From Candidatus Heimdallarchaeota archaeon (GTDB taxonomy: Archaea; Asgardarchaeota; Heimdallarchaeia; Hodarchaeales; Hodarchaeaceae), in the NCBI GenBank assembly GCA_019057635.1, contig DXJL01000104.1, positions 32,001 through 96,000 of the forward strand: 64,000 nucleotides of DNA. The letters are read 5' to 3'. Below, piece after piece: positions 1 to 9,622 of this stretch; the first letter of the stretch is position 1; each line of letters starts with the position of its first letter. The notes beneath the pieces were generated by a model. It had not been told where the DNA came from. It worked only from the letters and a program-made list of their open reading frames with translations, and did no database searches. The position numbers and the translations under genes are program-made.

Positions 1-1198
1 GGATTACTTGGCTGCTGTTAATATACCGCTGCAGGATATTACAGGCAGCATTATAATCAGCATTCAGGTGATGACCACATTTACGACAACAGAAGCATCC
101 GCGCGATTTCCGGTTACGTTTGTCTACATAGCCACACTGACTACATTGTTGGGAGGTATACGCCTCATTTACGCGCACTACCGTCATCCCCACAAGTTTC
201 GCTTTATACTCGAGCATTTTAATAAATTTGAAGAAGGGGATTTGAACAAAAGACTGATTGGTACGTTTTCCTAAGTTACAGTGGTGTTTCCACCTGGCAT
301 TGTAACCGATGACCAATGTCTCGATATTGTGCTGTAAACAGTAAGTAATAATTCGGCGGGAGGTTTGATGGAAGAAATTCTGAAGGCGGTTCATCCGCAC
401 TCGCTGAAGACCTTGAATCCGGCGAGTGGTAAACTGTTGATTGTGAGTGGTTGCTAGCGATCGATAATGGGCCAGTTGTTTGTTATACCACTGATTAATG
501 GTCTTCCCCACCCCGCCTTTGACGAGTAAGCCGTCTGACGTAGTTACGAGGTTGTTAAGACCAAGATCTATTCCCATAGCTCGGGGAGAAGACGAATCAG
601 AGGAGGGAAAAGGGAGAACTTGCACTTCATAGAGTAATTCTACCACAAATCGATCATAATACGGTACCAATCGAGCGCCCACACACGTTTCTACAGTTAA
701 TGGAAGGGTTCCGAGTGAAAAAGTGGGAAAGCCGCGTGCCATGAGATTCCGAGCAAAAAGAATCTGGTTCTCCCGAATTCGAACGCGGGGGCGGGGAAAG
801 TTCAGCATGTGCAGCCCATTCTTGGGTTTATACCTGGGCGCTCGGGGCCGGGTCTGAAATTTGGTCGGATCGGTTTTCCATGCTTTCAGTCCATTGAAAA
901 AGCTCCGCCAAATTTGTTCTACTTGACGGAGGACTTGTTGCGGTAAATAACTATCCGAAATGTCCTTTAATGCGAGATACACTGGTTCGTGCTTGAGGCG
1001 ATGATACAAGCTCGTGTATTGGAGCCATTTCCCCGTCTTAAAGAATTCTTGGCGCACCTCATAGGTGGCGCGATTATACAGATTTTTGGCACAGGTGCAC
1101 AAATCGGTAAAAATGGGCCGCGGTTTCATCTGCATTCGGATAGCTAACTGGGGGTGAGAGTGTTTCGTGGTACGCATTCCCATTCCAAGAAGACTCAT
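1..1198 (-). CDS. tnpB: TnpB RNA-guided endonuclease (IS200/IS605 family); 3' end runs off the window
   Basis: Manual translation of the minus strand gives an uninterrupted frame from ATG 1198 (alternatives 1183, 1177): ...CAKNLYNRATYEVRQ...PQQVLRQVEQIWRSFF...RPRAPRYKPK...AMGIDLGLNNL (RuvC-I)...LVIGYNARWK...FVQIPF...LEYKAKLVG...VNEAYTSQQCSQCG...FCCRKCGHHLNADYNAACNIL (Zn finger, RuvC-III). No stop inside the window, which explains why the ORF track missed it. Confidence 0.95.
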   Translation of the reverse strand, partial: MSLLGMGMRTTKHSHPQLAIRMQMKPRPIFTDLCTCAKNLYNRATYEVRQEFFKTGKWLQYTSLYHRLKHEPVYLALKDISDSYLPQQVLRQVEQIWRSFFNGLKAWKTDPTKFQTRPRAPRYKPKNGLHMLNFPRPRVRIRENQILFARNLMARGFPTFSLGTLPLTVETCVGARLVPYYDRFVVELLYEVQVLPFPSSDSSSPRAMGIDLGLNNLVTTSDGLLVKGGVGKTINQWYNKQLAHYRSLATTHNQQFTTRRIQGLQRVRMNRLQNFFHQTSRRIITYCLQHNIETLVIGYNARWKHHCNLGKRTNQSFVQIPFFKFIKMLEYKAKLVGMTVVRVNEAYTSQQCSQCGYVDKRNRKSRGCFCCRKCGHHLNADYNAACNILQRYINSSQVI

Positions 1199-1234
1199 TC
1201 GCTCTTATAAGCTCGAGACAGAGAGAGATCAGTG
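1..1234 (-). mobile_element. IS200/IS605-family element carrying tnpB with no adjacent upstream tnpA (IS1341-like); left end near 1227-1234
   Basis: Visibly more GC-rich than the flanks. The upstream sequence CACTGATCTCTCTCTGTCTCGAGCTTATAAGAGC (minus strand) has a related copy at 17053-17086. No tnpA ORF in 1200-1500. Confidence 0.75.
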
Positions 1235-1498
1235 AAAATAACAAATGTGACGAAAATGAACCTTTTTTCTTCCTGGCTTAGAATAATAAATACTGGTTGT
1301 CAGACAAATTTGATCATGTTTATATCCTGTATTCGAAAAAATCTTCATGATATTAGCTTTACTTTCGCCATGTCGTACAAAAATGATCTCCAGTTCATAG
1401 CCACCTTTTTAAATCAATAACTGTCCTTATGCCTGTGATGCTATTAAATTATGTTGATGTAGTAATTCATAATTTCAATTTTCCAATAATTCTTACTG

Positions 1499-2910
1499 TT
1501 ACGTCTCTCTAGTTGAAGAATAAGATGCCATCAGGTCTAGTATTTTAACAGCAGTATTGATATCATCATAAACAACTCCACCATTGGACCGAATCTGAGA
1601 AGTCCATCGAGATTTTATGGAATTATCTCCCACTATATAAGTGATAATTGGTTTCCTATATTTTTGCATATCATGTAAAACGGTGGGATCAAATGTGATG
1701 GCAACCTGCATCGCCGCAATCATCAACAAATCATGTCAATTTCATTACTTTCACATAGAATGGGTATAATTCGACGGAGAGCTTCATCTAATCCATGAAT
1801 TTCAAAAGCAGACCATGAATCAACAGGGTTCTTTGGAGGCATCCATTCTGGGAAGAGCTTTTGTAATTTTTGTGTTGTCGATTCTGAGAACTCAGGTATT
1901 TTTATATTATATTTCGCTGCGATATCTGCCCCAATAACACCTCCTGCACCAGTTATAGTTACGATTGCAAGACGATTCCCATTAGGGAGCGGTAATTTAG
2001 CAAAGGCCTCTACAATATTAAAAAAGTCTCCAAATTCAGTCGCTTGTATAATTTTTGATTGTTTTAGTAGATCTGATAATAATTGAGGGGAACCATGGGC
2101 AGTACTAGATGTGTGGCTTAGTGCAGCTGATCTACCTACTTCTGATTGACCTCCAAGTAAACAAATCAGAGGTTTAGACTGTGTAAACTCTTTAGCAAGT
2201 TTTAAAAATTTACGTGGCCGTTTCAAACCTTCAAGATAAAATGCTGCAACTTTTGTTTCTTCATCCTTTAGGAAATCTTGGAGCAAATCACATTCATCAA
2301 TATCTATCCTATTCCCAATAGATGCAGCTTTACGGATACCGGTGTAACGTTCTGTGAATAATTGTAATATAACTGCTCCAGAAAAATACCCTGATTGACC
2401 TACGATTGAAACAACTCCTTTTCTCCTCATATCTGCAGTAATTGGCTCGAAAGTCGTGATTAACTCGTCTGTTACTGTTCCCATACAATTTCCTCCCCAG
2501 ATGCGTATGTTTAATTGCTTTCCAAGTTTACCTATTTCCTCTTGTATGGCTTTTCCTTCCTTACCCGCTTCAGCAAACCCAGCACTTTCAATAATTATAC
2601 CTTTCACACCTTTTTGGTGACATTCTTTCAATAGAGAGGGTATACTTTTGGGCGCAACAAAACATATTACCAAATTAATGTTTTCTGGGACTTCCATTAG
2701 GGAATGATAAACTTTCAATCCTAGTATTTCTTTTGCCTTAGGATTAATTGGAAAAATTTGTTCTGTCCTAGAAAATGTCCAAAGAACATTCTTTAAAATG
2801 CCATAACCCGCTTTAGAACTATTTCGACTAACACCAATGATTGCTATCGATTCTGGGTGAAAAAAGCATGAGAGATCAGGTTGCATAGGATTTCCTCTTC
2901 GATCAATCAT
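1499..2910 (-). pseudogene. ADP-forming acyl-CoA synthetase alpha subunit (CoA-binding domain), split by a 1-nt frameshift near 1729
   Basis: Motifs SIAIIGVS, PINPK, GFAEAG, WGGNCMG, GQSG, SIGN, GAGGVIGAD and KNPVD. ATG ATT TGT TGA versus the other frame TTG TTG ATG ATT GCG: one extra T joins the 395-aa and 76-aa ORFs. Could be a sequencing error. Confidence 0.8.
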
Positions 2911-2997
2911 AGGACGCTCAGGATCCCTGAAAATATAAGAGTTTCATAAACCAGCGTATATTATTCACATCAAGTATAATTTCTGTAGAGATGAATA

Positions 2998-3582
2998 ATG
3001 GCTCAGCGTAAAGATCAATCGATAAAAGATGGGGTTTTTTATCCTCCGTATGACAAATTAATCATATTTAAATGCAATGTTATGAACACTTCTGGCTTTC
3101 TAAGAGATATTTTACTCTCAACTGCCATTATTGGAATATTTGCATTTCTTTTACTTGAATGGCTTGCACTTCTGATCGTACCACTGAGCTGGCCTTTTCT
3201 AGTTCAATTTTCTCTACCTAAACATTATCAATACCTTCAATTCAACAAGCATTCGGTATTTTATGGCTCAGGTTCTTTAAAAAATCTTATACTTTCGAGA
3301 TCATTATTCACTGGGAATAAAAATCAATATGGGGATATTTCTTACATGCGTTTTAACAAATGGGAGAAAAGCAAACGAGGAGGAGTGAAAGACAAGTTTG
3401 GAAAAATCGAAATTCAGATTGATCACCAGTCACCTATTTTTCATTTCTTAGTGACAAGTGAGGATTTAGCTAAGATCGTAAAGATTTTTGATACCTACCG
3501 TTTCCATTCCAAAGTGATAAAAAAACGTTCACGAGGAGAACTTCTGTTAATTTTTCCATCATCTCCTCGATATAACACCTAA
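2998..3582 (+). CDS. Hypothetical membrane protein (two TM helices plus a basic soluble domain)
   Basis: 194-aa ORF with hydrophobic stretch ILLSTAIIGIFAFLLLEWLALLIVPLSWPFLV; no recognised motif. Confidence 0.65.
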   Translation: MAQRKDQSIKDGVFYPPYDKLIIFKCNVMNTSGFLRDILLSTAIIGIFAFLLLEWLALLIVPLSWPFLVQFSLPKHYQYLQFNKHSVFYGSGSLKNLILSRSLFTGNKNQYGDISYMRFNKWEKSKRGGVKDKFGKIEIQIDHQSPIFHFLVTSEDLAKIVKIFDTYRFHSKVIKKRSRGELLLIFPSSPRYNT

Positions 3583-3667
3583 ATCCAGACAAATCATTTT
3601 CCTGAAAAGTCTTTGTTAATGCCCAAACGTTTATAATTTTGCATACATGCATTAACTCTAGATTCTA

Positions 3668-4807
3668 ATGAATTCTATGAAATCTTTGCTCTTTGTTATC
3701 TTCATTGCTACTTTATTAACTATTAGTTCTATCCCAAAAAATTCGCAAGCTACTTCAAATCCTGTTAATCTTCCTTGGAATCTTCAACAGATCAGTATAG
3801 CTGGTGCTTGGAATATTACTACAGGGAGAACAGATATTATCATTGCAATTATTGATTCAGGAATTGATTTTTCTCATCCTGCTTTATCTCAAGCTCAATG
3901 GATCAACTCTGATGAAATTATTAATAATTCTCAAGACGATGATAATAATGGCTATATTGATGATTTTTGTGGATGGGATTGGATCAATCAGGACAATAAT
4001 CCAGGTTGGCAGGACGAAGACGAGATACATCACCATGGAACATTTATTGCGGGGATTATTGCGGCTAATGATAGCGAAGTATTTGGGATAGCCCCGAAAG
4101 TAAAAGTTATGTCCTTACGAGTAGTTGATAGAAATACCCTTATCCCTAACACAGCAGGATTAGAAGAAGCAGTAGAATATGCTATTCAAAAAAATGCAGC
4201 AGTTATTATAATGAGTCTCGATTTATTGATAGGCCCTCCAGGATTCAGAGATAGTATTCGGTCTGCGGTATCAGCTAATATTCCTGTTATTGGGGTAGCT
4301 GGAAATTCCGATGAAGGAAATGAATCAGTAGTATTACCTGGTAGATTTTCTGAAGTCATCGCAGTTGGAGCGTCGAACCCAAATGGAGAAAAAGCTTATT
4401 ATAGTAATATTGGTGAGGAAGTTGAGATTCTGGCTCCAGGGGGTCAGTTGAGGAGTACTTCTGTAAAAAGTGGATATCTTTACGGGCAGGGGACGTCCTA
4501 TGCAGCGCCTCACGTCGCTGGTGTCATCGGACTGATAAAATCAATAAGGAGCGATCTTTCGGTGGATGACATACGTTCCATTCTTTATTCTACAGCACAA
4601 GACATAGGAGATTCTGGATGGGATGCAGAAACTGGATATGGAATACTAAATGCCTCAGCTGCGATAGAACTTACACAGACGTATGTTAAAACATCAACTA
4701 TTACCTCCCACTCCCCACGATTATTCGGTATAAACAGTATCCCTCATGTAGAAATCGTGTTATTTATTATTCTGATAATCCCGATATTTGGGAGAAAACA
4801 AAAATAA
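3668..4807 (+). CDS. Subtilisin-like S8 serine protease, secreted and C-terminally membrane anchored
   Basis: Signal peptide; catalytic motifs IIDSG, HHGT and GTSYA; DDDNNGYIDD loop; S/T linker, TM helix and basic tail. Confidence 0.92.
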   Translation: MNSMKSLLFVIFIATLLTISSIPKNSQATSNPVNLPWNLQQISIAGAWNITTGRTDIIIAIIDSGIDFSHPALSQAQWINSDEIINNSQDDDNNGYIDDFCGWDWINQDNNPGWQDEDEIHHHGTFIAGIIAANDSEVFGIAPKVKVMSLRVVDRNTLIPNTAGLEEAVEYAIQKNAAVIIMSLDLLIGPPGFRDSIRSAVSANIPVIGVAGNSDEGNESVVLPGRFSEVIAVGASNPNGEKAYYSNIGEEVEILAPGGQLRSTSVKSGYLYGQGTSYAAPHVAGVIGLIKSIRSDLSVDDIRSILYSTAQDIGDSGWDAETGYGILNASAAIELTQTYVKTSTITSHSPRLFGINSIPHVEIVLFIILIIPIFGRKQK

Positions 4808-4823
4808 AATACAAAATTACATT

Positions 4824-6497
4824 TCAGGCCTCAGCAGGCCCTTTATCTAAGCATTCAGGGGATATACGATACAGTCCGAGCTTATGACGCACTCCAGAAT
4901 GTATTTCAACCTCTTCGACATTGATCAGCCCACTTTCATAGACAGATATGACATTAAAAGAATTTAATCTACGCGATCGGATTTTTTTGCTTGAAAATGT
5001 ACCCGCATTCACAAATAATGTATTTTCGACCTGCATTGTCGTGGCATAGTGCTCTAATCCTGATAAAACGAGAGGTACATTATGGGAAGTTAAAAACTGT
5101 ATCACATCACCAGCGTCCTTTACTACTCTTTTAAAGTAACTTCTCGGAACTGGTAAGACTGAATGATGCATCGCTACCAAAAAAAATTTGTAATTTCCAT
5201 AACAATCATACTCATGCTCAATCATATGCATTCGGCTGCGACCTACACGACCAGAAGCATCAGCACCTGTATTAATACCTAAGACTCGGACTGTGGGATC
5301 TTCGTATACTGGATCTAAAGGACCGATCTGTTGTACCCACATCTCTCGTCCAAAAGGTTGTAGATCACGAGTTCCTGGAACAATAAGGTAGGGTACTCCT
5401 AATTCTCTCAATTCTCGTAATCTGAGCTTAGCTATAGCAAAATCCTCTGGATAAGAATCATTTGTAAGATCACCCGTATGAATCAAGACATTAGGTTTTT
5501 CACGAATCATCATCTTAATACCTAGATCATAGATTTTGGTTAAAAAGTCACTTCCGTCCGTGAAGTGCGTATCAGAGAACTGACATATTTTTGTTACCAA
5601 ATTTTCCCCTGGAATCAAATAATTTGCCTTAGTAGCTAACTCTCCCTTCCAGATTTGTTGAGATTCCTGATTTGCAGTTAAGAATTTAGAATAAGTATCA
5701 ATTCCATGGAATTGAACATCAATATTCTTATCCTTAACAATTATGTCCACAAATGTGTGACCTGCCGTACCTCTTGTTTTAAAACTGCTAAATGTACCTG
5801 AATTTATTAATAAAGCTCTACGTTCACCATTAGATAAGGAAAACATATTAGGATAATGTCGATGCGCAGTTATCAGAACGTCAATACCTGCTTTCCATAT
5901 CACTTGTGAAACATCACCAGCATCTAAAATCATGGATCTTTCTCTCCCAGTTGAAGGAATTGGCAATAGATGATGGTGAAAACATAGGATTTTAAGGACA
6001 TCGTCTGGTATAGTTTCTAGTTCAGCAATGGCTTCAATCCCTCGGTCTCCAATTCGACCTGTGTTTTCATCAGGTTCTGAAGAATCAATCCCCAGAATGA
6101 CTATGTTTCCGCCCCTCTCTCGAGTATCTATGTAAAACTGTCTCTCACCATAGAATTTTTTCCAAAGTTGATCCCCGATATTTCGCATATCATGGTTCCC
6201 AGGAACGGTGAAAAGTTCTTTTACTGTAGGAAAATGAGTTTGTAAAATCTCCTTTGAAAGATCAAAATCCTCATATGTCCCAGAGTCAGTAATATCGCCT
6301 AAATGCAGTACTAAGGCATCTGGATTCTGTTTCAATCTTTTATTAATTAAAATAGCTCCTGTTTCAAATGCTTCTTGATGAAATAGGCCAGTGAATTTTG
6401 ATATGTGTGTATCAGAAAATATAAGTAATTCTTCAAGCTTGGATTTCCTTTTAGATCGTTTATCCATCTCATGTTCGTCCTTACAAATTTTAATCAA
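4824..6497 (-). CDS. Tandem metallophosphoesterase (CpdA/Icc-like, two domains)
   Basis: Domain 1: SDTH, GDITD, PGNHD, HHH, AHRH. Domain 2: SDTH, GDLT, PGTRD, HHS, GLEH. Confidence 0.88.
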   Translation of the reverse strand: MIKICKDEHEMDKRSKRKSKLEELLIFSDTHISKFTGLFHQEAFETGAILINKRLKQNPDALVLHLGDITDSGTYEDFDLSKEILQTHFPTVKELFTVPGNHDMRNIGDQLWKKFYGERQFYIDTRERGGNIVILGIDSSEPDENTGRIGDRGIEAIAELETIPDDVLKILCFHHHLLPIPSTGRERSMILDAGDVSQVIWKAGIDVLITAHRHYPNMFSLSNGERRALLINSGTFSSFKTRGTAGHTFVDIIVKDKNIDVQFHGIDTYSKFLTANQESQQIWKGELATKANYLIPGENLVTKICQFSDTHFTDGSDFLTKIYDLGIKMMIREKPNVLIHTGDLTNDSYPEDFAIAKLRLRELRELGVPYLIVPGTRDLQPFGREMWVQQIGPLDPVYEDPTVRVLGINTGADASGRVGRSRMHMIEHEYDCYGNYKFFLVAMHHSVLPVPRSYFKRVVKDAGDVIQFLTSHNVPLVLSGLEHYATTMQVENTLFVNAGTFSSKKIRSRRLNSFNVISVYESGLINVEEVEIHSGVRHKLGLYRISPECLDKGPAEA

Positions 6498-6661
6498 ATA
6501 TCCTGGGCTTTTTTCACTTCAAGGTTAGTGTAAGGTTCATTCCTCATCCTTTGAATATAAATAATTCTTCCTTTATGTTAATAAATACTCCCTTTTCAAT
6601 GCTACAAACTGTAATCGCGAAACAAACGATAATCAAATAGCGTTATATTGGAGAATTATCC

Positions 6662-8788
6662 ATGAGTTCTAAAAAATGTCCTCTGTGTACTGGAAGCGGA
6701 ATTATATCAACGAAAACAAAGAAAAAATGTCCTCAATGTCGTGGGATGGGATCCACTAAGATTTTAATTGGAGGAGGAAAGCCCAAAGCAAAAGACACCT
6801 GTTCTAAGTGTAAGGGCTCCGGAAAAATTGAGATAAGTACAGATAAAACTTGTCCTTCCTGTTTAGGAGAAGGCACTCTCAAATTAAAATGTGTCTTATG
6901 TGGAAATCCTTTGAAAGAAGACAATATCGATCTGTGTACAAAATGTCAAGGAAAAACTTCAATACACCAGTTAATCCCTCCAGTAACAAAACAAATGGTT
7001 GAATTTAATCAACTTTATCAAAGTAAAGTTGTAAATATTGTTGATTTTGGTTATTTCGTGCAATTAGCTCCTAAAATCGAGGGATTAGTAAGGAATAAAC
7101 GCTTTGCAGGAAAGAAAGATGATACAGTTATTATAAAATTAATAAACATGAAGGGAGATAGACTTGAATTTGAGGAAGTTAAGATAACTGACTTATCTCA
7201 GTTTTCTATCACAAGAATGCATGACTCTATTCCTTTGCAAAAAATTCATCAGAAACGGGACGTAGGGGCGTTCCTCTCTTTTATTGCCCGAATTGAGAAT
7301 GTTCGTCAGATTCCCAATGGACCAAAAGTATTCACATTACTAGATGAGACTGGAAATATTGAAGCCGCTGCGTTTCGATTAGATTTTGTTGATGAAATGG
7401 CCATCGGTGATATTGTAGAGGTGGCAGGGCAATTTAATGTTCATCGCGGAGCAGAGCAAATTGAAATTGCGGATATGTTCATTGTCGATAAAGCATACTC
7501 AAATGCATTCAACAAGAAGCTAAAAGCACACTTAGATTCAATAAGCGAACCTAAATCCATTGATTTTTTAGTGAAATCAAACGTTCTCAATCTTTTACGT
7601 CCTAAGTTTATTGCCGTTGCAAAACGACTTCGCAGGGCATTTTTTGAATCTCAACCTATTATAATTCGTCATCATAATGACTGCGATGGAATTTCCGCAG
7701 GAATTGCAGTAGAATTATCTTTACGTCAACTATGGATAGACACTTATCAACAGATTGATGAGGATAAATTACGTCATTTAATCAAGCGAACAGTTAACAA
7801 ACCTCCCTTTTATGACCCTTTAGATGCTGTTCGAGATGTTAATTTTGCTTTAGAAGATGAAAATCGCTTTGGTGATAAACTTCCCTTAGTTATTATGCTT
7901 GATACAGGTAGTAGTGAAGAGAGTCTCTTTTCTTATAAACTTCTGCAAACCTATGGTATGGAAGTCATGGTAGTTGATCATCATTTTCCTTCGGCTTCTG
8001 TTCAAGAGGTTATTAGTAATCATTTGAATAATTATTATGCTGGTGGTGATTATAATATATGCACGGGTATGCTTGGTGTTGAGCTAGCTCGTTTTGTGAA
8101 CCCAGCAGTTACTAATAATATAATTCATATCCCAGCCATTGCAGGTATCGGAGATCGAGTTAAAGGGGAAGAATTCGACCAATACCTAGAACTTGCCAAG
8201 CAACGGAATTATACTGAATCATTTTTATCTGATATTGCGATAGCTGTAGATTACCAAGCATATTTCCTTAAATTTTCACCAGGCCGACTTTTGCTGACTG
8301 ATCTACTCGGAATCAAGGGAACTGATGAACGACAGCTAGCTTTTGTGAAGTTGTTAGCCACAGAAGCCCGAGATCTTCTCGAAAAGCAACTACTCATCTC
8401 TCTCGAATATTGTCAAGAAACAGCCTTACCCAATGGAATACAATTAGCCATATTAGATGTTGAGCAATTCGCTAGTCGGTTTGACTATCCTCCCCCTGGA
8501 AAGATCACAGGAAGTCTTTTTGATCATCTTGGTAGACTAAATTCAAAAAAACCATTAGTGACTATCGGATTAGGGCCAGATTTTGCCATATTTCGGTCTC
8601 AACATGTGAAACTCGATTTTCCTAACCTCGTAAGGACTTTAGCCGAAGATATGCCACATGCAAACATTGAAGGAGGAGGTCATGAAATTGTTGGCAGCCT
8701 TAAGTTTATCACTGGTGCGAGAACTGAATTTATTGATTTAATTCAAGAAAAATTAACAATAATTAGCGTTGCAACCTCGGAGAACTAA
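6662..8788 (+). CDS. Archaeal RecJ-like DHH nuclease with DnaJ-type Zn finger and S1/OB domains (COG1107-like)
   Basis: Four CxxCxGxG repeats; S1-like VVNIVDFGYFVQL; HHNDCDG, DTGS, DHH and GGGH motifs. Confidence 0.9.
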   Translation: MSSKKCPLCTGSGIISTKTKKKCPQCRGMGSTKILIGGGKPKAKDTCSKCKGSGKIEISTDKTCPSCLGEGTLKLKCVLCGNPLKEDNIDLCTKCQGKTSIHQLIPPVTKQMVEFNQLYQSKVVNIVDFGYFVQLAPKIEGLVRNKRFAGKKDDTVIIKLINMKGDRLEFEEVKITDLSQFSITRMHDSIPLQKIHQKRDVGAFLSFIARIENVRQIPNGPKVFTLLDETGNIEAAAFRLDFVDEMAIGDIVEVAGQFNVHRGAEQIEIADMFIVDKAYSNAFNKKLKAHLDSISEPKSIDFLVKSNVLNLLRPKFIAVAKRLRRAFFESQPIIIRHHNDCDGISAGIAVELSLRQLWIDTYQQIDEDKLRHLIKRTVNKPPFYDPLDAVRDVNFALEDENRFGDKLPLVIMLDTGSSEESLFSYKLLQTYGMEVMVVDHHFPSASVQEVISNHLNNYYAGGDYNICTGMLGVELARFVNPAVTNNIIHIPAIAGIGDRVKGEEFDQYLELAKQRNYTESFLSDIAIAVDYQAYFLKFSPGRLLLTDLLGIKGTDERQLAFVKLLATEARDLLEKQLLISLEYCQETALPNGIQLAILDVEQFASRFDYPPPGKITGSLFDHLGRLNSKKPLVTIGLGPDFAIFRSQHVKLDFPNLVRTLAEDMPHANIEGGGHEIVGSLKFITGARTEFIDLIQEKLTIISVATSEN

Positions 8789-8791
8789 TAG

Positions 8792-8995
8792 ATGATTAGA
8801 AAATGCGCTCTATGTAATTTAAATCTTACTAATGACCCCAAGTTTCGAGTTTTCTCCTATTGGAAAATTAATTGCCCAGGTAAATGGCATATTTTTATTT
8901 GTAATGGCTGTATTACAAAAAATATTGATACTCCATGCACTCAAGACGAAATCAGTAAACAAAAAATAAGAAAAGGATTTCAGATTAAGCATTAA
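8792..8995 (+). CDS. Small putative Zn-finger protein
   Basis: CALC...CNGC; starts 3 nt after the upstream stop. Confidence 0.5.
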   Translation: MIRKCALCNLNLTNDPKFRVFSYWKINCPGKWHIFICNGCITKNIDTPCTQDEISKQKIRKGFQIKH

Positions 8996-9022
8996 CTTAC
9001 GTAACCAATGGAGATTAGCTGA

Positions 9023-9619
9023 TTGGATTTACAGATTAAGGATTATACCCCCAACTACGAGGAACAGTGGTTAGAATGTTTGAAAGAGACCTTTTATGCC
9101 TCCTCATACTATGATATGATTCTAAAAATTAAACCTCGGTATGAACAACCTATTGTCGAGCTAATTACTCTTCATGGAGGTAAAATTGTTGCTTTCCTTG
9201 ATATTGAATTGATACCTCTTTCAGAGCAGTTATGTAGTAAAGATGAAGAGTATTGTGGCCAAATATCCCTCATTGGTGTTCATCCGAAATATAGACGCCA
9301 AAAAATTGCCACTAAACTACTTGAAAACGCAATTACCAAGATTAAGAAGAATAGTCAAATTGAAAGATTAGAGGTTTCTTTCCGAGAAGATAAGGAAATT
9401 AGTACGTGGCTCCATTCGATGGATTTTTTTCCTTGCGAGAAATATTATGAAGTGAGTTTTAGTCAAGACTTTTTCATTAAATATGGTATCGAGCTTCCTT
9501 ACGGATTGAATCCTAGTATATTAACTGGATTTGTTGATCAAAAAGGGTTTCGTCTTATATCCACTGATCATCCTCCAGAGAAGACTTTTCCATATTTAAT
9601 TATGGAAAAAAAACTTTAA
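9023..9619 (+). CDS. GNAT-family acetyltransferase
   Basis: Acetyl-CoA motif IGVHPKYRRQKIATKLL. Confidence 0.85.
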   Translation: MDLQIKDYTPNYEEQWLECLKETFYASSYYDMILKIKPRYEQPIVELITLHGGKIVAFLDIELIPLSEQLCSKDEEYCGQISLIGVHPKYRRQKIATKLLENAITKIKKNSQIERLEVSFREDKEISTWLHSMDFFPCEKYYEVSFSQDFFIKYGIELPYGLNPSILTGFVDQKGFRLISTDHPPEKTFPYLIMEKKL

Positions 9620-9622
9620 TTT

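Noticed and set aside
8-274. 88-aa plus-strand ORF
   Set aside because: Antisense shadow of tnpB.
1232-1420. 62-aa ORF as a possible tnpA
   Set aside because: No HUH/Y1 or serine-recombinase motifs; low-complexity AT-rich sequence.
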